Origin: Candidatus Omnitrophota bacterium
GTDB lineage: Bacteria; Omnitrophota; Gorgyraeia; Zapsychrales; Fredricksoniimonadaceae
DNA length: 64,000 nucleotides
Direction: 5' to 3'
Assembly (NCBI GenBank): GCA_963828495.1
Contig: CAWHFJ010000017.1
Span: forward strand, 148,342 to 212,341
Part shown: in pieces, positions 1 to 9,273 of the stretch
How the letters are laid out: every line of letters begins with the position of its first letter
How positions within the stretch are numbered: position 1 is the first letter of the stretch
Program-made: the position numbers and the translations under genes
The notes under the pieces: model-generated
Seen by the model: the letters and a program-made list of their open reading frames with translations, nothing else
Told to the model about the DNA's origin: nothing
Databases searched by the model: none

Positions 1-56
1 TCCTGGCGCTTAAAAGAGCCTCGGGTCAAGATAAATAATTTATCATTAATAGCCAT
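1..56 (-). CDS. 5-prime end of a leftward gene running off the window (function unknown)
   Basis: Minus-strand ATG at 56 opens MAINDKLFILTRGSFKRQ... to the window edge. It is divergent from the gene at 105, and only ~18 codons are visible. Confidence 0.25.
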   Translation of the reverse strand, partial: MAINDKLFILTRGSFKRQ

Positions 57-104
57 TTAATTCATAGACATCACAAGCAAAGTGGCGGATAATATATCCG
101 TTCT

Positions 105-1058
105 ATGAGACGGATATTAAACAAAAAAAACCTTCTGCTCCTTTCCTTATTCTTCTGTTTTAATTCATCGCTCACATCTTTTGCTTTAGAACCCGTCATT
201 GTGGTTGTCCTTTCAAAGGACATCAAGCCTTACCATGACGCCCTTTCCGGTTTTGAAGGAGAAATCCAAAAAAACGGGTATAAAGTCTCATGGGCCTATA
301 CCCTGGACGAAAATAATGACAACAACGCGCAGCTCGTTGATACAATTAAAAGTAAAAATCCGAGTTTGGTATTTACCATAGGCACTCCGGCCGTTTTATT
401 CGCCAAGCAAAATTTGAATGCGGCACCGATTATTTTTTCGATGGTGCTTAATCCGGTCGAAAACGGGGTAGCGCAGTCTATCGCCAACCCGGGTAATAAT
501 TTGACAGGAGTTTCTCTGGATATCCCGCCGGCATTGCAATTTCAAAAATTAATAGAAATCCTGCCGAAGGCCACACGCATAGGTGTTGTCTATAATGCCA
601 AACAACAAGAATGGATCCAAGAGGTCCAGGAAGCGGCCAAAAAGAACGGATTGTCACTCATTGCTAAACCGGTCAATGCCGAATCCGATGTGCCTGCCAG
701 TATCGATGAGATCGCTAAAGAAGCCGATTGCCTGTGGGCGCAAGTGGATCCTATGATTTTTAATGCCCAATCATCGCAGTATATCCTACTGACTTTATTG
801 AGGAAAAAAATTCCCATGATGGCTTTTTCCGCGCAATACGTCAAAGCAGGCGCGCTGTTGGCATTGGAATGCGATTATGCGGATATCGGCAGGCAATCCG
901 CCAACATAGCCGTCAAAATATTAAAGCAAGGAGTTTTCAGCGGTATGGCCATTGCTTTTCCTGAGAAAGTGCGGTTGGTGATCAACAAGAAGATCGCCGC
1001 AATCCTCGGGATTGATATTCCTCAACATGTATTGAATGAAGCAGCGGAGACCTATTAA
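105..1058 (+). CDS. periplasmic ABC-type substrate-binding-like protein (ABC_sub_bind / COG2984-like), likely partner of the adjacent kinase
   Basis: 317-aa ORF with a signal-like N-terminus (LLLLSLFFCFNSSLTSFA). It broadly resembles the ABC_sub_bind family. A 3-nt gap to the histidine kinase gene suggests co-transcription. Confidence 0.6.
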   Translation: MRRILNKKNLLLLSLFFCFNSSLTSFALEPVIVVVLSKDIKPYHDALSGFEGEIQKNGYKVSWAYTLDENNDNNAQLVDTIKSKNPSLVFTIGTPAVLFAKQNLNAAPIIFSMVLNPVENGVAQSIANPGNNLTGVSLDIPPALQFQKLIEILPKATRIGVVYNAKQQEWIQEVQEAAKKNGLSLIAKPVNAESDVPASIDEIAKEADCLWAQVDPMIFNAQSSQYILLTLLRKKIPMMAFSAQYVKAGALLALECDYADIGRQSANIAVKILKQGVFSGMAIAFPEKVRLVINKKIAAILGIDIPQHVLNEAAETY

Positions 1059-1061
1059 ACC

Positions 1062-2744
1062 ATGGAAAGAAGCCGGATAAGAAAGTTTGGCTTGCTGACG
1101 AAATTGATCGTTACGACAACGATCTTGATGATATGTTCAATTTCGGTCTTAAATTTTTTCATTATCAATCATGAAAAGATGGTTATTCGTACGGATTTGC
1201 AGGAACGAGGATTAGCCCTGGCCAATAACCTGGCTTATAACAGCGAATATGGGGTATTGACTGCCAACGTGACCGAATTATCCCGACTTATTGTAGGATT
1301 GCTGAAGCAGCCTGATGTGGGTTATTGCATTATCAGAGGCCAGAATGGCAATATATTGGCCTCATCGGGAGGCTTACCTAAGGGCATTGAAAAGGGAAGA
1401 GGAATTAAGCAACTCAATACGGCGATCCGGTTTTTACATGTTTCCCAGCGGGGCAGTCAACGGGATTATTATGATATCAAAGTCCCGGTCATGAGCAAGG
1501 TGAAAAACACCAACGTCAATGAAGATGTTTTCTTCCAAGACCAGTCTGCGGGTCATGAAATAAAGATTGGTCTCATCCAGGTCGGGATCTCCTGTGACCG
1601 TATAGATATCCTCATCAATAAAGTCAAGCAGACCATCCTGACAATAGTCCTGGTCATGCTTGCCATCACAGTCATGATCATCATTTTTTTAGGGCGTATG
1701 CTGTTGAATCCTCTAAAGGATTTGATGGCAGCCACCCAGAAGGTCGCCTCAGGGGATTTGAATTTCAAGGTCTCGGTAAAAACGCAAGACGAACTTGAAG
1801 ACCTGGCAAAATCTTTTAATCAAATGATCCTGGAATTAAAGCAGACAACCACGTCCGTAGATAATCTTAACAAGGAAATTATCGAACGCAATAAGACGCA
1901 AGCACAATTAAAGAAAGCCTATGATGAGCTGACAGCCATGCATAGCCAGCTGGTACAGTCGGAAAAAATGGCGTCCATCGGACAGCTGGCCGCCGGGGTG
2001 GCCCATGAAATTAATAACCCCTTGGGTTTTATCATCAACAATATGGAAGTATTGCAGCAATACATAGATTATTACACCAAAATCACGCATATGATGGAAG
2101 ATTTGCAAAAAAAAGTTGAAGAAGAAAATATAGAAAAAACGAGGTCCATTGTTAAAGAATTTGCCCAATTTGGGCAAGAGATTGATTTGAACTATATTAT
2201 CAATGATACGCGCACTTTATTGGAACATACTCAACGAGGGCTAGAACGTGTGCATAAAATTGTTATTGATTTGCGTACATTTGCCCGTGAAGGTTCTGAT
2301 GCGATGGAAGCGACAAAAGTGGAAACGATTATCGACAGCATTTTAGATATTGTACAAAATGAGCTTAAATATAAGGCGGAATTGAGAAAAAATTATGGAG
2401 ACACTCCCTTGATACAATGCAGCCCACAAAAATTAGGCCAGGTGTTTATTAATTTGCTGGTCAATGCGGCTCAAGCCATTGAAGAAAAAGGCGTCATTGA
2501 AATTAAGACCTATACCCAAAATGGCCATGTGTGTGTGGATGTCCGTGATACCGGCCGTGGCATCAACGCAGATGATTTAAAAAAGGTGTTCGACCCTTTC
2601 TTTACGACCAAACCCATAGGCCAAGGAACGGGACTGGGTTTAAGCGTGAGTTATGAAATTATTATGAAACACAACGGTGAAATTAGGGTTCAATCTCAAG
2701 TGGGTCAAGGGACAACCTTTACTGTTATGTTGCCTATAGCGTAA
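1062..2744 (+). CDS. sensor histidine kinase (TM / extracytoplasmic region, HAMP, HisKA, HATPase_c)
   Basis: Two hydrophobic segments and a HAMP-like stretch (PLKDLMAATQKVASGDLNFKV). H-box AAGVAHEINNPLGFI, N-box FINLLVNAAQA, G-boxes DTGRGI and GQGTGLGLS. Confidence 0.85.
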   Translation: MERSRIRKFGLLTKLIVTTTILMICSISVLNFFIINHEKMVIRTDLQERGLALANNLAYNSEYGVLTANVTELSRLIVGLLKQPDVGYCIIRGQNGNILASSGGLPKGIEKGRGIKQLNTAIRFLHVSQRGSQRDYYDIKVPVMSKVKNTNVNEDVFFQDQSAGHEIKIGLIQVGISCDRIDILINKVKQTILTIVLVMLAITVMIIIFLGRMLLNPLKDLMAATQKVASGDLNFKVSVKTQDELEDLAKSFNQMILELKQTTTSVDNLNKEIIERNKTQAQLKKAYDELTAMHSQLVQSEKMASIGQLAAGVAHEINNPLGFIINNMEVLQQYIDYYTKITHMMEDLQKKVEEENIEKTRSIVKEFAQFGQEIDLNYIINDTRTLLEHTQRGLERVHKIVIDLRTFAREGSDAMEATKVETIIDSILDIVQNELKYKAELRKNYGDTPLIQCSPQKLGQVFINLLVNAAQAIEEKGVIEIKTYTQNGHVCVDVRDTGRGINADDLKKVFDPFFTTKPIGQGTGLGLSVSYEIIMKHNGEIRVQSQVGQGTTFTVMLPIA

Positions 2745-2781
2745 GCCATAGATAGTTGAATACAAAAAAAGAAAGACACAC

Positions 2782-5097
2782 ATGGAAAAATTAATCAGGA
2801 CAATGGTATTGAATTTCTTTTGGCTCCTCGCGTTTTTGGTGACCTTGTCCACGCCCGGTTTGGCACAAGCGCCGTCTGCGGCCCCAACGCCGCCTGCCAA
2901 CCAGGCAGCGACGGCCAACCAGTCGCCGGAAGAAAGTCTATTCATGGATATTCCCCAGGTTGTGACTTCAGCTTCTTTCTTTAAGCAGAGCACCAAGGAA
3001 GCTCCCGGGACAACCTATATTGTCACGGCTGCCCAAATAGACATGGGGGCTGTTGACAACATATCAGACGTTCTGCAGGATTTTGTACCCGGCATATATA
3101 CGACGAACCATGGATTCCTGGGGGCTTTGATCGGCAGCCGTGGTGTGACAACTGATACTTCTTCCAAAACCGAGTTCATGATTGACGGCATGAACGTTAA
3201 TTCCCACTGGAATAGCGGAGCGGCCGCAGAGGCCGTCATGCCGTTTATGGGTGATATCGACAAGCTTGAGGTCATCATGGGGCCGGGGGCGATCGTGCAC
3301 GGCAGTGGCGCCATCAACGGGTTTATCAACATGATCCCCAAGAACGGGACCGATTATCAAGGTTGGACGCTGGACACCAAATATGGGTTTGAAGAGCACT
3401 TAAGCCAGACCGAGATGGGATACGGAAAAAGTTGGGGACAAGGACGTGATCTTTATCTGTTTGCGGGTATAGCGGATAGTTCCGGCTATGATAATTATCA
3501 TAACATGTCTCAAACAGGTGCCAGCTATGTGACTGTCCGCCCCGGGAGTGATCCCTTTTTCAAGGTTGACGATATCTTTTACCCGGCATTGAAGGTGGCC
3601 GAGTATTTTCGGTGGGATAATTTCAAGCTGAATACTGTTTTTGAGCGTAACTTTTATACACCGGTTGAAGTCTGGTGGCTGGGTCAAGGGGTCTATCACG
3701 CCATGCTGGCCATTAATCCGGAGTATAAATGGGACTTGTCACCGACAGATAGCCTGACGAATGATGCTTCGCTCATGCTGCAGGATAATGATCAGATATG
3801 GTTGCAGAATGGTTACCTCAATAGCGGCCTGCAAACACCCCTCACTAACAACTCATCGGCATTTTGGGGGCAATATTATAATGTGAAGAAAGGGGATATC
3901 GTCACTAATCTTGATAACGGCAATAATTCCTCTGAAAGTTATATCGGAGACAAGCTCGTCTACAGGACCGACAGGATCCAAAATAATCAGATCGCGGTCG
4001 GCGCTGAAGTGGGCCGCCGGGCATTTTATGGTAACGGGTTTGCCTTTTTTTGGGATGATTTTGCCTCCACGAATGGTGTTGCCATGCCGCATGATATTTA
4101 CGCCTGGCTTGAATATAGCGCCTTTGTGGAAGATGTGGTCAATTTGACCGATAAGCTGACTATGACGGTGGGCGGCCGTGAAGACGGGGTGTCTTATCCG
4201 GACACGTATACATCGTATTATAATAATATCGAGGCTTCACTGAAGAACCGCAGTATTGCTCATTTTTCCCCGGCCATCGACTTTGCCTATCAAGTTAGTC
4301 CGGTCACAACGGCTAAGATTTCCTATAATGAAGGATTCCGTTTCCCTAATGCGGCAGATATTGTTCGGAATTTGTCTCCACGGGCAAACCCGACTAATCC
4401 TGCGCTTCTAGAGACTTTTTCCGCACCCGGCCCCGAGACCATGGATAGTTTTGAATTTGACTTGCACCACGATATCAAAGATTGGAAAATGGGGTGGGAT
4501 TGGAACATTTACTATAATATGTTACATAAAACACTTGGCTGGGCACAGCCTTCAAGCGCTGAGCTTGGTGCGGAATATAATAGCCCAGATTTTGACTCCA
4601 TAGGTTTTGAATTTGTAGATAGATGGCAGGTGCTGCCTAATACGACACTGGATGCCAGTTATAGTTTTTCACGTCCAATAAATTATGATAAAGCCCTGGT
4701 TGATGGGCCGTATGCATCCATTGACCCCACTAATCCCGAGGGTACGCAGTGGGCGCGTTATCCGGACCAGATGATCAAATTAGGGACCACCTCAAGTTTT
4801 TTCAACAAATGGACAGTGCACTGGGATATGGAATACCGTGCTGGAGTCAAATATGATCCGTATGGCACGGACAGTGCGGACTATGGCAATTATTACGCAT
4901 GGCTTGATCATCCATCGATAGTGTTCAATGTGGCTGTCAAATACGACATTACGCGTAATTGGTGGGCTAAGTTTAGCGTTAAAAATCTGACCCATGACCG
5001 CAATACGCAGCCCGTGTGGGGGCTTTCGAACCAGTTTTATGCAACGGGTTACAGCGCTGATACTTTAACGTATATTGAGATAGGGTGTAAGTTCTAA
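2782..5097 (+). CDS. TonB-dependent receptor family outer-membrane protein
   Basis: Signal peptide (...LVTLSTPGLAQA). The N-terminus is plug-like: KLEVIMGPGAIVHGSGAINGFINMIPK matches the IEV.RGP.S..YG..A.GGVINI.TK type motif. The rest is long, Tyr/Asn/Asp-rich and beta-barrel-like, with a C-terminal aromatic residue (..GCKF). Confidence 0.75.
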   Translation: MEKLIRTMVLNFFWLLAFLVTLSTPGLAQAPSAAPTPPANQAATANQSPEESLFMDIPQVVTSASFFKQSTKEAPGTTYIVTAAQIDMGAVDNISDVLQDFVPGIYTTNHGFLGALIGSRGVTTDTSSKTEFMIDGMNVNSHWNSGAAAEAVMPFMGDIDKLEVIMGPGAIVHGSGAINGFINMIPKNGTDYQGWTLDTKYGFEEHLSQTEMGYGKSWGQGRDLYLFAGIADSSGYDNYHNMSQTGASYVTVRPGSDPFFKVDDIFYPALKVAEYFRWDNFKLNTVFERNFYTPVEVWWLGQGVYHAMLAINPEYKWDLSPTDSLTNDASLMLQDNDQIWLQNGYLNSGLQTPLTNNSSAFWGQYYNVKKGDIVTNLDNGNNSSESYIGDKLVYRTDRIQNNQIAVGAEVGRRAFYGNGFAFFWDDFASTNGVAMPHDIYAWLEYSAFVEDVVNLTDKLTMTVGGREDGVSYPDTYTSYYNNIEASLKNRSIAHFSPAIDFAYQVSPVTTAKISYNEGFRFPNAADIVRNLSPRANPTNPALLETFSAPGPETMDSFEFDLHHDIKDWKMGWDWNIYYNMLHKTLGWAQPSSAELGAEYNSPDFDSIGFEFVDRWQVLPNTTLDASYSFSRPINYDKALVDGPYASIDPTNPEGTQWARYPDQMIKLGTTSSFFNKWTVHWDMEYRAGVKYDPYGTDSADYGNYYAWLDHPSIVFNVAVKYDITRNWWAKFSVKNLTHDRNTQPVWGLSNQFYATGYSADTLTYIEIGCKF

Positions 5098-5120
5098 CCG
5101 GCGAAGTGTCAAAAGGCCCA

Positions 5121-5173
5121 ATTGCTTCGACTTCGTAAGGTTGTGTCATTGCGAGCGAAGCGAAGCAATCTCT
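5121..5173. repeat. REP-like intergenic element (hairpin plus gtcattgcgagcgaagcgaagcaatctc core)
   Basis: Imperfect inverted repeat attgcttcgacttcg / cgaagcgaagcaat. The core recurs at 53761-53790, as a partial copy at 53738-53750, and degenerate and inverted at 54668-54686. Confidence 0.6.
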
Positions 5174-5188
5174 TTAAAGGAGGACAAC

Positions 5189-5383
5189 ATGAAAGACACA
5201 GCTTTAAAGGTCGCAGGAGCCATCTTTTTCATCGTTGCCATGGTGCATCTTTTAAGAATAATCCTGAAGTCGGAAGTAGTGATCGCCGGTTCTGTTGTCC
5301 CTGTTTGGACTAGTATATTTGGTTTTATAATTCCATTATTGTTATCAGTATGGATGTTTAAGTCTATCAAAGCTTCAAAATAG
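5189..5383 (+). CDS. small two-TM membrane protein (unknown function)
   Basis: ATG at 5189 follows a strong aaggagg RBS (5176-5182). The upstream part of the track ORF (5141 start, MCHCERSEAI..) is encoded by the REP-like element. Two hydrophobic helices. Confidence 0.45.
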   Translation: MKDTALKVAGAIFFIVAMVHLLRIILKSEVVIAGSVVPVWTSIFGFIIPLLLSVWMFKSIKASK

Positions 5384-5385
5384 AT

Positions 5386-6021
5386 ATGGAACAAAATTTT
5401 ACTTGGCAGCGGGAGAAGATGGTCGCAGACCAGATTGCGGCCCGCGGCATTCGAGATGAGCGGGTGATGAGTGCCATGCGTAAGGTCGAACGCCATCGGT
5501 TTGTACCGGAGCCGCTGTCTTCAATGGCTTACGACGACGGGCCCCTGGGGATTGGCGAAGGCCAGACGATTTCCCAGCCGTATATCGTCGCGCTGATGAC
5601 AGAGCTCTTGGCGCTACAGGGCCAAGAGAAGGTCCTGGAAATCGGCACCGGCAGCGGCTATCAGACCGCGATTTTGGCCAATCTGGCCAATGAAGTCTAT
5701 TCGATCGAAATTTTAGAGCCTCTGGCCCGGCGGGCTGGAAAGCTGCTGGATAGCCTTGGGCTTGCCAACATTCATATCCGCTGCGCTGATGGGTACGAAG
5801 GCTTGAAAGAAGAAGCGCCGTTTGACGCCATCATGGTGACGGCAGCGCCTCAAGAGGTCCCGCCACAATTGATTGAACAGCTCAAGACAGGCGGACGCCT
5901 GGTTATTCCGGTCGGCAATTTTTCTCAGAAATTAACCCTGCTCGTCAAGACAGAGCAGGGGATACGCAAGCAATCAATCATAGGGGTCATCTTTGTGCCC
6001 ATGGTCCATGGCAATAACTAA
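5386..6021 (+). CDS. pcm: protein-L-isoaspartate O-methyltransferase
   Basis: [16 protein letters not shown] and the SAM motif [15 protein letters not shown]. Length (211 aa) is typical of the PCMT family. Confidence 0.9.
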   Translation: MEQNFTWQREKMVADQIAARGIRDERVMSAMRKVERHRFVPEPLSSMAYDDGPLGIGEGQTISQPYIVALMTELLALQGQEKVLEIGTGSGYQTAILANLANEVYSIEILEPLARRAGKLLDSLGLANIHIRCADGYEGLKEEAPFDAIMVTAAPQEVPPQLIEQLKTGGRLVIPVGNFSQKLTLLVKTEQGIRKQSIIGVIFVPMVHGNN

Positions 6022-6041
6022 ACAATCCTGGTAGGAGGGAT

Positions 6042-6407
6042 ATGCCTAAAAAAATCTTATTAGTTGATGATGATTCAAACGTGCATTTGCTTGTCGTTCC
6101 GATTTTAAGCAGAGCCGGGTATACCGCGGTTTCTGCAAAAAGCGGAGAGCAGGCTTTAATGTTGGCACTCAAAGAGCGCCCTGATTTGATTATTTTGGAC
6201 GTTATTATGCCGGGCATCAAGGGCAGAGATTTATGCAAAAAGATGAAAACCTATGATGTGCTTAAAGATATTCCGATTATTTTCTTGACGGTCAAGGATT
6301 CTGAAGATGATATCAAGGCCGAGTTGGAATCCGGGGCCGTTGCCCATCTGACTAAGCCGGTCAATCCGTCTGATTTATTAAAAACCATCGGCAGCATTAT
6401 CGGGTAA
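6042..6407 (+). CDS. single-domain response regulator (CheY-like receiver)
   Basis: LLVDDDSNV acidic pocket, phospho-acceptor context LIILDVIMPG, conserved T (FLTVK) and K (LTKPV). Confidence 0.85.
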   Translation: MPKKILLVDDDSNVHLLVVPILSRAGYTAVSAKSGEQALMLALKERPDLIILDVIMPGIKGRDLCKKMKTYDVLKDIPIIFLTVKDSEDDIKAELESGAVAHLTKPVNPSDLLKTIGSIIG

Positions 6408-6419
6408 TAAGGAGGGTCT

Positions 6420-6809
6420 ATGGAAACTTCGATACTTCTTGCCAAAATTCTAGGGCCCTATTGTGCGATCGTCGCATTCAGCGGACTTCTCAATTTAAAA
6501 ACCTACCAGCGTGTTATTGATGAATTGACTGTCAATACCGCCATGATTTATATTAGCGGGGTTCTGGCTCTTCTTTTCGGGCTTTTGATCCTTCAATATC
6601 ATTCTATTTGGGTCTTCAATTGGCGGGTGATCATTACCATAATTGGCTGGATGGGTCTCATTAAAGGGATATATTTAATCTTTTTCCCCGGTTCATTACC
6701 CCAAGTGGCAAAATTTTACAAAAAATCCCCAATATTTTTAGTATCCAATTTGGTCTTGGTCCTTGTATTGGGCGTTATATTAACGGCATTTGGTTATTTT
6801 GGCAATTAA
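6420..6809 (+). CDS. integral membrane protein, unknown function
   Basis: 129-aa ORF with about four hydrophobic helices. No recognisable motif. Confidence 0.4.
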   Translation: METSILLAKILGPYCAIVAFSGLLNLKTYQRVIDELTVNTAMIYISGVLALLFGLLILQYHSIWVFNWRVIITIIGWMGLIKGIYLIFFPGSLPQVAKFYKKSPIFLVSNLVLVLVLGVILTAFGYFGN

Positions 6810-6822
6810 AGGAGACTGTGTC

Positions 6823-7362
6823 ATGAAAAGAATCCTGTTGTTCATATTTTTAGCGGCGAGCCCGTGTTTCGCGGCAGAATTTAGCGTTCAGAGCACCTCA
6901 TGGCAAGATGGCCAAACCATGAAAGATGCTTATGTGTTCAACAGTTTTGGTTGTACAGGCAATAATATTTCTCCCCAAATAAGCTGGAGCGGCGCGCCGG
7001 ACGGGACTAAAAGTTTTGCGGTCACCATCTATGATCCCGATGCTCCCACAGGAAGCGGCTGGTGGCATTGGACGGTCTTTAATATCCCGGCTGATGTTGT
7101 CCAACTACAAGAAGGGGCGAGTTCAAATCAGTCAGCATTACCCGCCGGTGCTATTCAGGGTCTAACGGATTTCGGTAAACCGGGATACGGGGGTGCCTGT
7201 CCGCCTGTGGGGAACAAACCTCATCGATATATCCTTACCGTCTACGCCTTAAAAACAGATAAGATGGATCTGAATGCAAATGCTTCAGGGGCCATGGTCG
7301 GCTATTATTTAAACCAAAACGCTTTAGCCAAGGCCTCACTCACAGTAAAATATGGACGCTGA
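6823..7362 (+). CDS. YbhB/YbcL (PEBP / Raf-kinase-inhibitor-like) family protein, exported
   Basis: ATG at 6823 after an aaggag RBS, then a signal peptide. PEBP motifs are YDPDAPTGSGWWHW and GACPPVGNKPHRYILTVYAL. Confidence 0.85.
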   Translation: MKRILLFIFLAASPCFAAEFSVQSTSWQDGQTMKDAYVFNSFGCTGNNISPQISWSGAPDGTKSFAVTIYDPDAPTGSGWWHWTVFNIPADVVQLQEGASSNQSALPAGAIQGLTDFGKPGYGGACPPVGNKPHRYILTVYALKTDKMDLNANASGAMVGYYLNQNALAKASLTVKYGR

Positions 7363-8422
7363 TATGCCAAGTCTTTTTGATCCAATCCAGATCGGAGATT
7401 GTCAATTACCTAATCGCATCTTTATGGCGCCGTTAACACGTTGCCGTGCTATTGACCGGCGCATTCCCAATCCACTGATGACCGAATATTATACCCAGCG
7501 CGCCTCTGCGGGTTTGATCTTTAGCGAGGCAACCGCTGTAAGCCCCATGGGTGTCGGTTATCCCAATACACCGGGGATCTGGTCTAAAGAACAAGTGGAT
7601 GGATGGAAGGCCATCACATCGGCGGTGCACAATAAAGGCGGCAAGATGCTTTTACAACTATGGCATGTGGGACGGATCTCCGATCCTGTCTATTTAAATG
7701 GGGAACTCCCGGTTGCCCCAAGCGCTGTGAGGCCGGCCGGTCATGTTAGTTTGATCCGTCCTAAAAAAGAATTTGTCACTCCCCGTAGCCTTAATATCGA
7801 TGAAATCCCGGGGATCATCGAAGAATACGCACAAGGGGCCCGAAACGCCAAAGCAGCAGGATTTGATGCTGTTGAAATACACACTGCCAACGGCTATTTA
7901 CTGGATCAATTCTTACAAGACAGCACTAATAAGCGCACCGATGGTTATGGTGGCAGTGTTGAAAACCGTGCGCGTTTAATGTTGGAAGTGCTGGACGCTG
8001 TTGTCTCCATTTGGGGCAAAGGTAAGGTAGGGGTGCATTTAGCGCCCCGAGGAGATTCCAATGACATGGGGGATTCCAATCCAAGGATCACATTTGGGTA
8101 TGTCGCCCAACAGCTGGGGAGGCGTAAAATTGCCTTTATTTGCGCGCGGGAGTCCCTAGGGCCCAATCGCCTAGGCCCTGAACTTAAAAAAATATTCGGC
8201 GGTATCTATATCGCCAATGAAGGTTTTACAAAAGAAACCGCTCAAGCAGCCTTGGATGCAGGGGAGGCTGATGCTATCAGTTTTGGCAAATTATTTCTTG
8301 CCAATCCGGACCTTCCCCAACGTTTCGCCGAGAATGCCCCCCTTAACACCCCTGATCCAAACACATTTTACGGATCGGGGAAAGAAGGCTATACGGATTA
8401 TCCGATGAGGAGACTTGCATGA
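7352..8422 (+). CDS. nemA: Old Yellow Enzyme family NADH:flavin oxidoreductase (N-ethylmaleimide reductase-like)
   Basis: FMAPLTRCRA, QLWHVGR, HTANGYLLDQFL and GGSVENRARL are typical OYE motifs. The gene symbol is by family resemblance only. Confidence 0.85.
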   Translation: MDADMPSLFDPIQIGDCQLPNRIFMAPLTRCRAIDRRIPNPLMTEYYTQRASAGLIFSEATAVSPMGVGYPNTPGIWSKEQVDGWKAITSAVHNKGGKMLLQLWHVGRISDPVYLNGELPVAPSAVRPAGHVSLIRPKKEFVTPRSLNIDEIPGIIEEYAQGARNAKAAGFDAVEIHTANGYLLDQFLQDSTNKRTDGYGGSVENRARLMLEVLDAVVSIWGKGKVGVHLAPRGDSNDMGDSNPRITFGYVAQQLGRRKIAFICARESLGPNRLGPELKKIFGGIYIANEGFTKETAQAALDAGEADAISFGKLFLANPDLPQRFAENAPLNTPDPNTFYGSGKEGYTDYPMRRLA

Positions 8423-8772
8423 AACAATCTTTGAAGAATGAAATAGATGTGGTTAGTTTAATCAATAAAATAGAAGCGCAGCTGATTGTGCTCGACAAAA
8501 AGCTGGACACTTTACTGGCTTCAAAGCCGTCTGTTAATAAAGAAAGAATGACACACACGGCGATTTGCGCTGATTGCAAAAAAGAATGCACCCTTCCTTT
8601 TAAGCCCAGCGGAGATAGGCCGGTCTATTGCCAAGACTGCTTTTCTCGTCGTAAAGTTATCCGCTTATCCGGATTAAAAATTGAGGCTAAGCCCAAAGAG
8701 CTTGGAGCCGCCCAAGCGCCTATCATTAAAAAAACTAAAGCAAAAAAGAAGTCCCTCCCTAAAAAAAAGTAG
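8419..8772 (+). CDS. CxxC-x17-CxxC zinc-ribbon domain protein with Lys-rich tail
   Basis: CADC-(17 residues)-CQDC, counted directly. C-terminal KKTKAKKKSLPKKK. The start overlaps the nemA-like stop (ATGA). Confidence 0.6.
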   Translation: MKQSLKNEIDVVSLINKIEAQLIVLDKKLDTLLASKPSVNKERMTHTAICADCKKECTLPFKPSGDRPVYCQDCFSRRKVIRLSGLKIEAKPKELGAAQAPIIKKTKAKKKSLPKKK

Positions 8773-8795
8773 GCGGACAAAGAAAGGGATCATCC

Positions 8796-9272
8796 ATGGA
8801 ATATTCTTTTGCATCCTATCAAATAGCAGAAATGGCGAGTGAAATGGAGAAGGAAGGTGGTCATTTTTATCAGCAATTGGCTGATTTTTCGAAAGATGAA
8901 GCCGTCAAAGAATTGTTTTCATATTTAGCTAAAAGTGAAAAGAAGCATGAAAAAGACTTCCTGAGTATTGCCCAAGATACCAAGGCTTCGGAAGAAGTTT
9001 ATGCATATCACGTTAATATCGCCGGGATGATGAAATCTGGAATTAAAAGACTCAAGAGGGCAATGATCTATAATCAACAGATTGATATGCCACAAGCCTT
9101 AGAAATTGCCATCAATGGTGAAGAATTGGCCGTAGAGGTTTACAGCGAGATCCTCGGGGCTTATTCAGAACAGTTTAGTAAAGTTTTAGAGAAAATTATT
9201 GCTCAAGAAAAATCACATTTAAAAAGGATTAAAAATTTAAAACAAATACTCCAACCTGACCAAAGAAATTAG
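8796..9272 (+). CDS. ferritin-like / rubrerythrin-like diiron four-helix-bundle protein (paralogue 1)
   Basis: Two ExxH motifs (EKKH, EKSH) plus paired Glu residues. About 80-85% nt identity by eye to 46645-47139, including the shared RBS region caaagaaaggga.catccATG. 1-nt gap to the next gene. Confidence 0.55.
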   Translation: MEYSFASYQIAEMASEMEKEGGHFYQQLADFSKDEAVKELFSYLAKSEKKHEKDFLSIAQDTKASEEVYAYHVNIAGMMKSGIKRLKRAMIYNQQIDMPQALEIAINGEELAVEVYSEILGAYSEQFSKVLEKIIAQEKSHLKRIKNLKQILQPDQRN

Positions 9273-9273
9273 G

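Noticed and set aside
5141-5188. The track start (5141, MCHCERSEAISLKEDN..) for the small membrane protein.
   Set aside because: These codons are the REP-like element itself (gtcattgcgagcgaagcgaagcaatctc). A strong aaggagg RBS precedes the ATG at 5189.
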